64,000 nucleotides of DNA from Hyphomicrobium sp. (GTDB taxonomy: Bacteria; Pseudomonadota; Alphaproteobacteria; Rhizobiales; Hyphomicrobiaceae), in the NCBI GenBank assembly GCA_965222835.1, contig CBDCUQ010000001.1, positions 195,925 to 259,924 of the forward strand. Direction: 5' to 3'. A program made the position numbers and the translations under genes. The notes under the pieces are model-generated. The model worked only from the letters and a program-made list of their open reading frames with translations, was not told the DNA's origin and searched no databases. The first letter of the stretch is position 1. Each line of letters starts with the position of its first letter. Below, in pieces: positions 1 to 9,186 of the stretch.

Positions 1-867
1 GAGCCGTTGCTGCCCGGCCGCCCGTATATCGTGAAATGCGGAACGCAAACCGCGACAGGCACGATCAGCACGTTGAAGCACAAGATCAATGTTGACAATT
101 TTGATCACGTGGCTGGCAAACAGCTCGAACTCAACGAAATCGGCCTCTGCAACCTGTCCTTCTCGCGCCCGCTCGTCTACGAGCCCTACGAAACATCGCG
201 GGCCATGGGCAGCTTTGTTCTCATTGACAAGCTATCGAATGCGACGGTCGGCGCCGGCCTCATTCGCTTCGGTCTAAGACGGGCCGAAAACGTCCACTGG
301 CAAGCCCTTGCCATCAACAAGAAGGCACGGGCCGCTGCCAAACATCAGAAACCATGCTGTCTGTGGTTCACGGGCCTGTCTGGGTCCGGCAAGTCGACGC
401 TTGCCAACCTGCTCGAAAAGCGCCTCCACGCGGATGGGCGCCATACTTACATTCTCGACGGCGATAACGTACGCCACGGGCTCAACAGAGATCTCGGGTT
501 CGCAGACGTTGACCGCGTCGAGAACATCCGCCGCGTGGCGGAAGTGGCAAAGCTCATGGTCGACGCCGGTCTCATTGTCGTTGTCTCGTTCATCTCGCCT
601 TTCCGGGCCGAACGGCGCATGGCACGTGAGCTCTTTGGCGAAGGCGAGTTCTTGGAGGTCTTTGTCGACACACCACTGGAAGAATGCGAGCGCCGCGACC
701 CGAAGGGCCTCTACAAGAAGGCGCGCCAGGGTCTCATCAAGAATTTCACGGGGATCGACTCAGACTACGAAACGCCGAGCGCCCCCGAACTGCATCTCAA
801 GACCAAGGGAACGAACCCAGAGAAGCTGATCGAGCAGCTGGTCGAGCTTCTGATGCAAGGGGAATGA
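1..867 (+). CDS. cysNC: Bifunctional sulfate adenylyltransferase subunit 1 (C-terminal part) / adenylylsulfate (APS) kinase, 5' end truncated by the window edge
   Basis: The reading frame is open from base 1. The C-terminal half has the APS-kinase P-loop '[23 protein letters not shown]' and '[13 protein letters not shown]'. The N-terminal part resembles the CysN/NodQ beta-barrel domain. Confidence 0.85.
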   Translation, partial: EPLLPGRPYIVKCGTQTATGTISTLKHKINVDNFDHVAGKQLELNEIGLCNLSFSRPLVYEPYETSRAMGSFVLIDKLSNATVGAGLIRFGLRRAENVHWQALAINKKARAAAKHQKPCCLWFTGLSGSGKSTLANLLEKRLHADGRHTYILDGDNVRHGLNRDLGFADVDRVENIRRVAEVAKLMVDAGLIVVVSFISPFRAERRMARELFGEGEFLEVFVDTPLEECERRDPKGLYKKARQGLIKNFTGIDSDYETPSAPELHLKTKGTNPEKLIEQLVELLMQGE

Positions 868-881
868 GCGGATGGACCCGC

Positions 882-1940
882 TTAGTGCGTCGTCGGTTTG
901 AGCTGAAGCCGGCTTGAGGCGGGTTTCACAGCCGGTTTCGCCGGTACCCGCGCGGCAGGAGATGAGGCACGCTTTTGCCAAGGCAACTTCTCCGCCTTGG
1001 GCTCGGACGAGGCAACACGCGTCGACCAACGTGCCACCGCCGGCGCCGGCTTCGCAGCTTTCAACACCGCCGGCTTAAACTGGGGCGCCTTCGCAGCAGC
1101 AACCGCAACCGGCGCCGTAACAGCCGTCTTCGGCATAGCTTTCGGCTCGAGCTTTACGATCTTGCGGAGCAGCGCCGTGTTCGAAGACGCCATCGCCGGT
1201 GGCAAAACGGCAGATGCGATCTTCGTCGATTCCTCATACTTGCCTTGCAGGCTCAGAACCAACGCCAAGTTTTGCCGCACTTTGGGATTGACCTTGCCCT
1301 TCGCGGCTGTCGTGCGAAGAAGCCCTTCAGCGCGTTGCGCATCGCCGTTCATGGCGTGGGCAAGCGCCAGATTGTTCATCACCGAAGGCCGGCCCGACGA
1401 AAGCGTGTTGGCCCGCTCAAAGAACTTAATCGCGTCGGCATATTTTCCCTGCTTCGCCAACACCGTTCCACGCGCGGAGATAACCCGCCAGTCAGGCGAT
1501 GTCGGATCGTCCGCAAGCCTGAGAAGCTTATCGGCAACCGTAACCTGATCGAGTTGCAGCGCGAGACGGCCGTATTCCGAGGCAAGTCTCCGGTCCGTGC
1601 TGTGGTAGAGCGCGGCCTGCTGCAGCACGCCCAAAGCCTGTCCCTTTTCGCCCAAGGCCTTGAGATTTTTTGCGTAAGACAGCGCTGCATCGAGATCCTG
1701 AGGCTTCTTCTGGTATTCCTTCCGCCAGTATTCGGTCGCCTTCAAGAGATCACTACGAGCATCAGCACCCTCAGGCGCCACTGCATGCGATTTGGCAGGC
1801 ATATTCGAGGCAACAAGCTCCGGCATTGCATCGCCAAGGCTCGAGCAGCCCCCAGCCAGAAGACCGGCAAGGGCTAGGGAGACGAGACGAGCTATCCCCG
1901 TGTTGTGTGGTACCGTACGAAACGCTGTTGCGCCGGACAT
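882..1940 (-). CDS. TPR-repeat lipoprotein
   Basis: Signal peptide with lipobox 'LLAGGC'. TPR-like repeats (e.g. 'AIKFFERANTLSS..NNLALAHAMNGD'). Pro/Ala/Lys-rich tail. Confidence 0.7.
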   Translation of the reverse strand: MSGATAFRTVPHNTGIARLVSLALAGLLAGGCSSLGDAMPELVASNMPAKSHAVAPEGADARSDLLKATEYWRKEYQKKPQDLDAALSYAKNLKALGEKGQALGVLQQAALYHSTDRRLASEYGRLALQLDQVTVADKLLRLADDPTSPDWRVISARGTVLAKQGKYADAIKFFERANTLSSGRPSVMNNLALAHAMNGDAQRAEGLLRTTAAKGKVNPKVRQNLALVLSLQGKYEESTKIASAVLPPAMASSNTALLRKIVKLEPKAMPKTAVTAPVAVAAAKAPQFKPAVLKAAKPAPAVARWSTRVASSEPKAEKLPWQKRASSPAARVPAKPAVKPASSRLQLKPTTH

Positions 1941-2046
1941 ATCGCTCTCCCGTGAACGGACAAATCGTGGCGCGAATCACGCCGCTACCGTCAGTTTCTG
2001 GGACGGGCGTCAACAAAGGTTTAACCGGTGACGAGGCCGCTGGCCC

Positions 2047-2724
2047 CTAAGATGCGGCCCCGCACGTCTCGGCCTCGGCGGCGGCACCAGCCATCCACTC
2101 AGCCATCTCGGGAAGCGCAAATGTGGCCGCGATGTAATCGGCCGCCGTCCCATCATCGCCGTAAAGGCAAAGGTCCGGCACATAGGTTTTGAACCGTGAC
2201 GCGACCGGAGCGTACATGGCGTCAGCCGCCGAAAACGAGCCGAATAGGAAGGGACCGCCAGCCCCATACTCACGCCGGCAGTGCTGCCAAACCGCGATAA
2301 CCCGGCGAATATTGTGCCCCAACGCCTCCGTCTCCTCCGGCATCGGCCTGGTGGCCAGAATGTCCATCGGACAAAGCTCCCTCAACGCCTGGAATCCGGC
2401 GTGCATTTCCGCCGAAGCCGATCGGGCAACAGCCCGCGTCTCAGGATCAGCAGGCCAAATCTCAAGATCGGGGTATCGGTCCACCAAATACTCGATAATG
2501 GCGAGACTATCCCAGACCAAAAGGTCACCATCGATCAACAGCGGAACTTTACCCGAGGGCGAGTGTGCGAGAATCTTTGCCTTGCTGTCGGCCTGGCGTA
2601 GGCGCACGCTCACTTCCTCGAACGGAATACCGAATCGCTTCATCACCAACCATGGCCTGAGGCTCCAGCTCGACCAAACCTTATTGCCAATGACGAGGCG
2701 CGTTGATGGCTTAGAAACCGGCAT
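2047..2724 (-). CDS. Glutathione S-transferase family protein
   Basis: GST N-terminal thioredoxin-like pattern 'LVIGNKVWSSWSLRPWLVMKRFGIPFEEV...GKVPLLIDGD..VWDSLAIIEYL'. Start re-picked at the internal Met (ATG 2722-2724), because the longer ORF would overlap the divergent neighbour. Confidence 0.8.
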   Translation of the reverse strand: MPVSKPSTRLVIGNKVWSSWSLRPWLVMKRFGIPFEEVSVRLRQADSKAKILAHSPSGKVPLLIDGDLLVWDSLAIIEYLVDRYPDLEIWPADPETRAVARSASAEMHAGFQALRELCPMDILATRPMPEETEALGHNIRRVIAVWQHCRREYGAGGPFLFGSFSAADAMYAPVASRFKTYVPDLCLYGDDGTAADYIAATFALPEMAEWMAGAAAEAETCGAAS

Positions 2725-2814
2725 ACTTTGGCGATCCCCCTGCAATTGTGCTACGTGCCGCTCCCGACGATAATAGAGGCAACGACAGGGCTCCACGGAA
2801 CCTGCAAATCGAGC

Positions 2815-4263
2815 ATGAAAAACACCGAAACGACCGAGTCGACAACCGACGTTTCCCACATTTTTGCACCGGAGGGCTCAGAAGAAGCCCGCCTCCCCCT
2901 TTGGCTGGCAAGCGAAGCCCGGCCCATCAACCGGGCAGATGGTCTCAGCGCCGAACAGCTCAAATGGCTGGATGCGGCACAATTTTCTTCCGCCGCCAAG
3001 AAACTGGCCTTGATCCCGGGATCGGACGGCAGCTTAGCGGGTGCCGCATTCGGGCTGGGAAGCGGACATGACGGCGAACCGTGCGGTCCATCCGACCTTC
3101 TCATCGGTCAATTGCCCCAGTCCCTCCCTCCGGGTGATTACCTCTTTGAAAGTCCACCGGACAACCCGGAACTCGCCGCTACGGCCTGGGGCCTCGGGGC
3201 CTACCGATTTCGCCGTTACAAGACGGGCAACAGCGGCGCGCATCCCCGCCTTGTCATGCCAGCCGACGCCGATCGCGCGTCCGTCATCAACGCGGTCGAA
3301 GCCGTCTGGCTGGGCCGCGACCTCATCAATACGCCGGCGTCTGACATGGGGCCGGATGAAATCGAAAAGGCAGCCCGCACACTCGCCGGCCGCCACGATG
3401 CGAATGTGTCGGTGATCACTGGCAACGATCTTCTGAAGCAGAACTTCCCGATGATCCATGCCGTCGGTCGCGCCAGCGCCACACCCCCGCGCCTCATCGA
3501 CATCACCTGGAAGAAATCCGGCGGACGGCCCGACGCCCCACGCATAACGCTGGTGGGGAAGGGCATCACCTTCGACACCGGCGGCCTCGACATCAAGCCA
3601 GCCTCAGCCATGAGGCATATGAAAAAGGACATGGGCGGCGCTGCGACAGCATTGACCCTCGGCCACTTGATCATGGGTCAAGCCCTCGATGTGCGCTTGC
3701 GCATCCTTATCGCCACCGCCGAAAATGCAATCTCGGGAAACGCATTCCGGCCGGGCGATATTCTGACGAGCCGGTCCAGGCAAACAGTGGAAATCGGCAA
3801 TACCGACGCCGAAGGCCGCCTTGTGCTCGCCGACGCGCTCGACCTCGCAGACGAAGAGGCACCCGACACATTGCTGACATTCGCCACCCTCACAGGCGCG
3901 GCGCGGGCCGCACTCGGGCCCGATCTTCCCGCCATGTTTTCCACCGACGACGGACTTGCCGTAAGTCTCGTCGAAGCCGGCGAACGAGTGGGCGATCCCA
4001 TGTGGCGCATGCCATTTTGGGCGGGCTACAATCGCAACCTCATAAGTGAAGCGGCGGATATGAACAACATTTCGGATAGCCCATTTGCCGGCGCCATCAT
4101 TGCCGCACTGTTCCTGAAACGCTACGTCAAGAACGCTCGGCGTTTTGCCCATTTTGATCTATACGGTTGGCGCACGACGACGCGACCGCTCGGCCCGAAG
4201 GGTGGCGAACCGCATACCGCTCGCGCGGTCTTCGAAACGCTGAAGCAGGAGGTGCTCTCTTGA
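2815..4263 (+). CDS. M17 leucyl aminopeptidase family protein
   Basis: M17 signature 'NTDAEGRLVLADAL' plus 'GKGITFDTGGLDIKP'. Start chosen at ATG 2815; the 2728 start would overlap the GST promoter region. Confidence 0.85.
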   Translation: MKNTETTESTTDVSHIFAPEGSEEARLPLWLASEARPINRADGLSAEQLKWLDAAQFSSAAKKLALIPGSDGSLAGAAFGLGSGHDGEPCGPSDLLIGQLPQSLPPGDYLFESPPDNPELAATAWGLGAYRFRRYKTGNSGAHPRLVMPADADRASVINAVEAVWLGRDLINTPASDMGPDEIEKAARTLAGRHDANVSVITGNDLLKQNFPMIHAVGRASATPPRLIDITWKKSGGRPDAPRITLVGKGITFDTGGLDIKPASAMRHMKKDMGGAATALTLGHLIMGQALDVRLRILIATAENAISGNAFRPGDILTSRSRQTVEIGNTDAEGRLVLADALDLADEEAPDTLLTFATLTGAARAALGPDLPAMFSTDDGLAVSLVEAGERVGDPMWRMPFWAGYNRNLISEAADMNNISDSPFAGAIIAALFLKRYVKNARRFAHFDLYGWRTTTRPLGPKGGEPHTARAVFETLKQEVLS

Positions 4264-5156
4264 GCGCGAGCGACACCAAGGCAGAGACCCGGCTGGATCC
4301 GCGCCGCAATCCGTTCCGCCCGGACCTGGCCGCCAAACACCTCAAAGGCCAAGTCACAGCAGACAAATTTGTCGAAGGCACCCGGCGCCAAGTCCTGCGC
4401 GCCGCCGCGCCCTTAAGACGGACCCCGATCGGCAACGCGGGTCTCGATACCGAGGTCCTGTTCGGCGAAACCGTTCTGGTATTCGAGGAATCCGAAGGAT
4501 GGGCTTGGATTCAGAGCGAAGCCGACAGCTACACTGGATACATACCGGCCGACGCTGTCACCGATCGGATTATCGAGCCGACACATCGTGTGCGCGCATC
4601 GGGAACATTCATCTACCCAAAGCCCGACATCAAAACCCCACCTCTCCTGCATCTTAGTCTCAACGCGCGCGTTGCCGTCGCTGAGAACGGTGAAACCTTC
4701 AGCGCGCTTGCCACCGGCGGGTTTGTCGTCACCCGGCACCTGATCGAGCAAGAGCGCTACGCCAGGGATTTTGTAACGGTGGCGGAGGGATTCATTGGCG
4801 TCCCGTATTTGTGGGGCGGCAAGACACGCATCGGCCTCGACTGTTCAGCCCTCGTCCAACTCTCTCTCTATGCGGCGGGCATCAACGCACCAAGAGACAC
4901 CGATATGCAGCAGGATGAAGTCGGCGAGAGCGTGCTTATACCCGAGTCTCTCGAAGGCCTGGAACGCGGCGATCTCATATTCTGGAAAGGCCACGTCGGC
5001 ATAATGTCGGACAGCGTGCTCATGGTTCACGCCAACGCCCATCATATGTCGGTCGCCGTGGAGACGCTGCCGGAAGCTGCCAGCCGCATCGCAAAATCCG
5101 GTACGGACATTCTCGCAATCAAACGATTGCCTAAGCTGAGCAGCCGGCCCTCATGA
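4260..5156 (+). CDS. NlpC/P60 (C40) peptidase with N-terminal SH3-like domain
   Basis: 'GVPYLWGGKTRIGLDCSALVQ' (catalytic Cys) and 'GDLIFWKGHVGIM' (His). A TTG at 4260 overlaps the stop of the upstream gene. The start is uncertain (4167-4260). Confidence 0.8.
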   Translation: MSASDTKAETRLDPRRNPFRPDLAAKHLKGQVTADKFVEGTRRQVLRAAAPLRRTPIGNAGLDTEVLFGETVLVFEESEGWAWIQSEADSYTGYIPADAVTDRIIEPTHRVRASGTFIYPKPDIKTPPLLHLSLNARVAVAENGETFSALATGGFVVTRHLIEQERYARDFVTVAEGFIGVPYLWGGKTRIGLDCSALVQLSLYAAGINAPRDTDMQQDEVGESVLIPESLEGLERGDLIFWKGHVGIMSDSVLMVHANAHHMSVAVETLPEAASRIAKSGTDILAIKRLPKLSSRPS

Positions 5157-6325
5157 ACACCCCCACGCAAGATCCCGTCTCCTCAGCATCCGCGTTGCTC
5201 GCCCGTCTCGTCTCCTTCGACACGACGAGCCACAAGAGCAACATGGCCATTGTCCAATTTGTCGAATCCTGCCTCGCCGGACACGGTATCACGAGCCAAC
5301 TCGTCCCAACTGAGGATGGCGAAAAAGCCGGGTTATTTGCCACAATCGGCCCGGAAGGCGTTCCCGGCGTGGGATTGTCGGGACACACCGACGTCGTGCC
5401 CATCGAAGGGCAAACCTGGAAGAGCGATCCGTTCACGGTGACCGAGCGCAACGGCCGACTGTATGGGCGCGGCACAGCGGACATGAAAGGCTTCCTCGCC
5501 TGCGTCCTCGCCGCCGTCCCGGACATCAAGCGGCGCAAACTCAAGGTTCCCATACACATTGTCTTTTCTTACGACGAGGAGACCGGTTGCCTTGGCGTCC
5601 GGCCCATGATCGACGAAATGGGAGACCGTCTCATACGTCCCCGCATGGTCATTGTCGGAGAGCCGACGTCGATGCGCGTCGTCGACGCCCACAAAGGACC
5701 CGTCAGATGGCAGATCGAGGTGAAGGGCCGCGCCGCACACTCGAGCATGGCCCATCTCGGCGTCAATGCGATCACCTATGCCAGCCGGCTCATCGCGGAA
5801 CTCGACGCGATCGAACAAGAACTGAAAGCGCGGCCACCAAACCCCCGTTTTGAGCCCCCGTACCCAACTGTCCAGGTCACCATGATCGATGGAGGCACAG
5901 CTACAAACATCGTGCCCATATCGACCACATTCGACTGCGAAGTGCGCACCCTTCCGGGCTTCGACCCAAATGAGATCGAACAAAGGCTCCGCGCCGTAGC
6001 TGAGACCAAGTGCCTGCCCGAAATGCAAGCCATCGCACCCGAAGCCGCCGTCACGATCGAACAAACCAATGCCGTGCCGCCATTTGGCGCCGACCCCAAT
6101 TCGGAGGTCGTGGCAATGGCGCTGAAGCTGACCGATCAGAACGAAACTTTCGCCGTATCTTACGCCACCGAAGCCGGCCTGTTTCAGAATGCCGGAGCAC
6201 CGTCCGTTGTCATCGGACCGGGCGATATTGCTCAGGCCCACACCGCCAACGAGTGGATCGCCAAAGACGAGCTCGGCAAATGCATGAGCTTCCTGACGCG
6301 CCTCGCCGACTGGGCAGAAGCGTAG
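5153..6325 (+). CDS. argE: M20 family acetylornithine deacetylase-like hydrolase
   Basis: 'LSGHTDVVP', 'GRGTADMKG' and 'DEETG' M20 metal-binding motifs. ATGA overlap with the upstream gene. Confidence 0.7.
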   Translation: MNTPTQDPVSSASALLARLVSFDTTSHKSNMAIVQFVESCLAGHGITSQLVPTEDGEKAGLFATIGPEGVPGVGLSGHTDVVPIEGQTWKSDPFTVTERNGRLYGRGTADMKGFLACVLAAVPDIKRRKLKVPIHIVFSYDEETGCLGVRPMIDEMGDRLIRPRMVIVGEPTSMRVVDAHKGPVRWQIEVKGRAAHSSMAHLGVNAITYASRLIAELDAIEQELKARPPNPRFEPPYPTVQVTMIDGGTATNIVPISTTFDCEVRTLPGFDPNEIEQRLRAVAETKCLPEMQAIAPEAAVTIEQTNAVPPFGADPNSEVVAMALKLTDQNETFAVSYATEAGLFQNAGAPSVVIGPGDIAQAHTANEWIAKDELGKCMSFLTRLADWAEA

Positions 6326-6377
6326 GTCAGTCTCCGATCGTCGGTAGAAGAGAAGACCGGCGCTTCAGCTTAGACCC

Positions 6378-6412
6378 AAAAAAACATCACCCCCGCCGAA
6401 GCAGGGGTGATG
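6378..6412 (-). terminator. Rho-independent terminator downstream of the DUF2147 gene
   Basis: 9-bp stem catcacccc/ggggtgatg with a run of 7 A on the plus strand, which is a T-run on the minus strand after the hairpin. Confidence 0.7.
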
Positions 6413-6450
6413 CCGCTCTCGAACAGACCACCAAAGTTTGGTCGCTCAAC

Positions 6451-7287
6451 TCAATCCGGGCAATCCAGCGTGATCGTGACAAAGGGCACGTTCAACCGGC
6501 ATTTGCCGTTGCCGACTTCCTTGAAGCCATACTTGCCCATCAGGCCATCCAGATCGCCAAGATCTGGTCCATCGCTGCCAGCCTCGTCATCGTAGGGCTC
6601 TGCGTCGGCAACCTTCGGCTCTTTCACCGGCTCGTCGACAACCTCCGGAGCTGTATCCGTCTTCTCTGTTGTCTTTGTTGTCTTCGCAGCAACATCCTTA
6701 TCGGACGTCTTGGGGTCATCTGAGCCCGCGGCCGTCGCCTTTACAGGCTTCTTAGCGCGCCGGGGCACCGGAACTGGCTCGGGCGCCGGCTTAACTTTGG
6801 CAACGGAAGGCTTCTTGGCCGGCTTGGCGTCACCGGTTGACGTCTCGGGCTCAGCCTTCGCCTCAATCGGTTCATCGCCACAGCGCGCAAGATCGGCGGG
6901 CGCTGGCGTCCAGATCATGGTCTTGGAAAAGAGCTTAGTTCCGGCATAGCCCTTCACACGAAGATTGCCATTTGAAAGCGGCTTCAGCTCGACGTCATAC
7001 CGGCGCTTACGCTCGGGGCTATAGATCCATCCGTCATCCCACAGGTTTGATCTAACCTGCCGTGCATTGCCGATAATCTGCTTGCCGCAGCCCTTGGCGT
7101 CGGTCGTATCCTTGGTCCAGACGACATGGCCACAAAGCTTGTCGCCGCAGTCTGCGATCTCGATTGCGCCCCGGCCCGTGTCATTGATCCAGACACCGCG
7201 CGGATCGGACGCCGCCGATGCTGCCGTCGCACTGAGCGTGGTACCTGCTAGAAGCGTCGCTCCAACAATTCCAACCCTGAAACGCAT
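6451..7287 (-). CDS. Secreted DUF2147-like protein with a long Pro/Lys/Ala-rich extension and a small Cys-bracketed C-terminus
   Basis: Signal peptide. 'GVWINDTGRGAIEIADCGDKLCGHVVW...WDDGWIYSPERKRRYDVELKPLSNGNLRVKGY' matches my recollection of DUF2147. Confidence 0.7.
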   Translation of the reverse strand: MRFRVGIVGATLLAGTTLSATAASAASDPRGVWINDTGRGAIEIADCGDKLCGHVVWTKDTTDAKGCGKQIIGNARQVRSNLWDDGWIYSPERKRRYDVELKPLSNGNLRVKGYAGTKLFSKTMIWTPAPADLARCGDEPIEAKAEPETSTGDAKPAKKPSVAKVKPAPEPVPVPRRAKKPVKATAAGSDDPKTSDKDVAAKTTKTTEKTDTAPEVVDEPVKEPKVADAEPYDDEAGSDGPDLGDLDGLMGKYGFKEVGNGKCRLNVPFVTITLDCPD

Positions 7288-7461
7288 AGCGGTCTCCTCG
7301 GTTTGCCGGCCAACTCATGGCGCCGGAGGCGCCTCCGGCCAAAGCCAGACGCCTGATCCCTAATTTCATCCGGACCCAATGTTACCCAAAACGGCTTCTC
7401 AAGCTGTTCCGTGAGGAACATGCATCTCTCGCGGCAAATATATGGCGCAGTTTATCACAAC

Positions 7462-7499
7462 AGAAGGCCGGTTACCTTCCCCAAGGTAACCGGCCTTCT
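7462..7499 (-). terminator. Perfect 17-bp stem hairpin downstream of gcrA
   Basis: agaaggccggttacctt-cccc-aaggtaaccggccttct. The T tract on the minus strand is weak (TGTTGTGAT). Confidence 0.5.
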
Positions 7500-7550
7500 C
7501 CCCCGACAAGCCACAAACAACGGAAAAACGTTGCCGCGGCTGAAGTTATC

Positions 7551-8102
7551 CTAAGCGTCCGACGTCTCCTTATCGGCAGCAGGGGCTGCGACAGCAGGTA
7601 CCTTCGGCTCAACAACCTCCGGAGCACGGCGCTTGACCTGCGGCGGCTGGAAGGCCCGTCGCGCGTGAAATTCGCAATAAGGAAGGCCGTTGACCTTGGA
7701 TTTCCCGCAAAAGTGGAAATCAGGCAGCTGGGGATCCCCAATCGGCCAACGACAGCTGGATTCGACCAGTGTTTGGATAGACTTCCGCTCGGCCACGGGG
7801 ATGACAAGCTCCTCCACGGCAGGCGTGAAGGGTTCCGCGTCCGGATGGTAAAGGGCGCGAACAGCGGGGTTTCCTATGGTCGCATACCGCGACTTGGCCA
7901 TGCGCTTCGCAGCCGCACGCGGACGCGGTCGGTGGCTTTTCATGCGCGACGTCGTCGCCCGCCCAGAAAGGCCAAGCCGATGCACTTTGCCGATGACGGC
8001 ATTACGCGTAACGCCCCCCAATCGGCCAGCGATCTGACTTGCGCTAAGTCCTTCGGCCCAAAGCTTCTTCAGAAGCTCCACGCGTTCGTCATTCCAGGGC
8101 AT
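7551..8102 (-). CDS. gcrA: Cell-cycle transcriptional regulator GcrA
   Basis: Canonical N-terminus 'MPWNDERVELLKKLWAEGLSASQIAGRLGGVTRNAVIGKVHRLGL' and C-terminal 'CRWPIGDP...FCG'. Confidence 0.9.
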   Translation of the reverse strand: MPWNDERVELLKKLWAEGLSASQIAGRLGGVTRNAVIGKVHRLGLSGRATTSRMKSHRPRPRAAAKRMAKSRYATIGNPAVRALYHPDAEPFTPAVEELVIPVAERKSIQTLVESSCRWPIGDPQLPDFHFCGKSKVNGLPYCEFHARRAFQPPQVKRRAPEVVEPKVPAVAAPAADKETSDA

Positions 8103-8805
8103 CCCGGTTGCTCCTCAAACAAAAAATTGCCCTCAGGAGCAGCGGCGCAGACAGAGTCGCGCATGCGCTCCAGCACGATCGGGCAAAGAGCAAGGGTCCC
8201 TGGGCACACGCGGATTAAGGCCGCGCACGCAAACCAGCTGGGCCCCGGACTTTACCCGGAACTGAAACTCGACGGATTGACGCTGAACTGAGCGACGCGC
8301 ACTGATGGCGGGTGCGAACGAACTGAGACCCGCGACGCGCGTCCGGAACGGAACCGACTAAAAAAATCGCGATACACCGCGACATCTCGTATCCGGACAC
8401 AGCAACCCTACAACAACTAGTTTTTCGTCTACAAGCCGGACGCGCGCGATCGCAGGGTCTTGTCAAAGGACACGTGGCAAGGGTGCCACAACACGATTCG
8501 CGAAGCCCCATTTCGCGGGCGTCACATCGTGTTGTCCCCGCAATTCACCCGTTGGGAAAGACATGAAAATGTCGAACTCCCGGGGCGAGCGACGTGTCGA
8601 AAAACGGCCAAAGCATGGCCAGGCCGGCATGGCCTGTTTCCCATGGAACAGTCTGACAAATCGCAATTCATGCTAGTCAACGCATTCAGAGGCCAAGAAA
8701 ATTGCATCGACCGCCCAAGGTTCAAGGCGAGTAGGTGTTGTGCGAGACGCCCCGGGCCGCCATTATCGGCCCGAACAGCTCCGCCGTCATGTCCAGGTGA
8801 ATAGG

Positions 8806-9081
8806 ATGATCGACAAAATCCATGATGCGCGCGTCAAGAAGGAATACGAAGCCATCAAAGGCTTTTACGTTCACTTCCTCGTCTACGTCGGCGTCTGCCT
8901 TCTCCTCGTCCTTATCGACGTGTTTTTCGGCGAACCGATGTGGTCGCACTGGGTGGTGCTCGGATGGGGCATCGGCATCGCCTTCCATGCCTACGCAGCC
9001 TTCATCAAGACACCGCAAGTCATGGCCGCGTGGGAAGCCGAGCAAATGGCGCGCTACGCAAAGAAGAAGGCGCAATCGTAG
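8806..9081 (+). CDS. 2TM-domain membrane protein
   Basis: Two hydrophobic helices, 'HFLVYVGVCLLLVLIDVFF' and 'WVVLGWGIGIAFHAYAAF'. ATG 8806 is preceded by aggtga. Confidence 0.6.
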   Translation: MIDKIHDARVKKEYEAIKGFYVHFLVYVGVCLLLVLIDVFFGEPMWSHWVVLGWGIGIAFHAYAAFIKTPQVMAAWEAEQMARYAKKKAQS

Positions 9082-9186
9082 GCCGGACCTACATGGTCCC
9101 CGGTCTCAGCCTGACGCAATCCGTTCCGGTCCCGCCCCGAGCCCAGTAAAACAAACGCAACCCTTGTGACGGGGCGGAGCAACGGT

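Noticed and set aside
975-1877. A 300-aa plus-strand ORF, and similar long antisense ORFs (e.g. 3216-3674, 5333-6241, 15274-15942, 28210-29160, 37721-38293, 42549-43130).
   Set aside because: They are Arg/Pro/Ser-rich translations antisense to, or out of frame with, genes that have clear family signatures. They carry no motifs of their own.
8460-8804. A 114-aa ORF in the gcrA upstream region.
   Set aside because: It has no SD and no recognisable domain, and its composition is typical of non-coding sequence. It is treated as part of a long non-coding interval.
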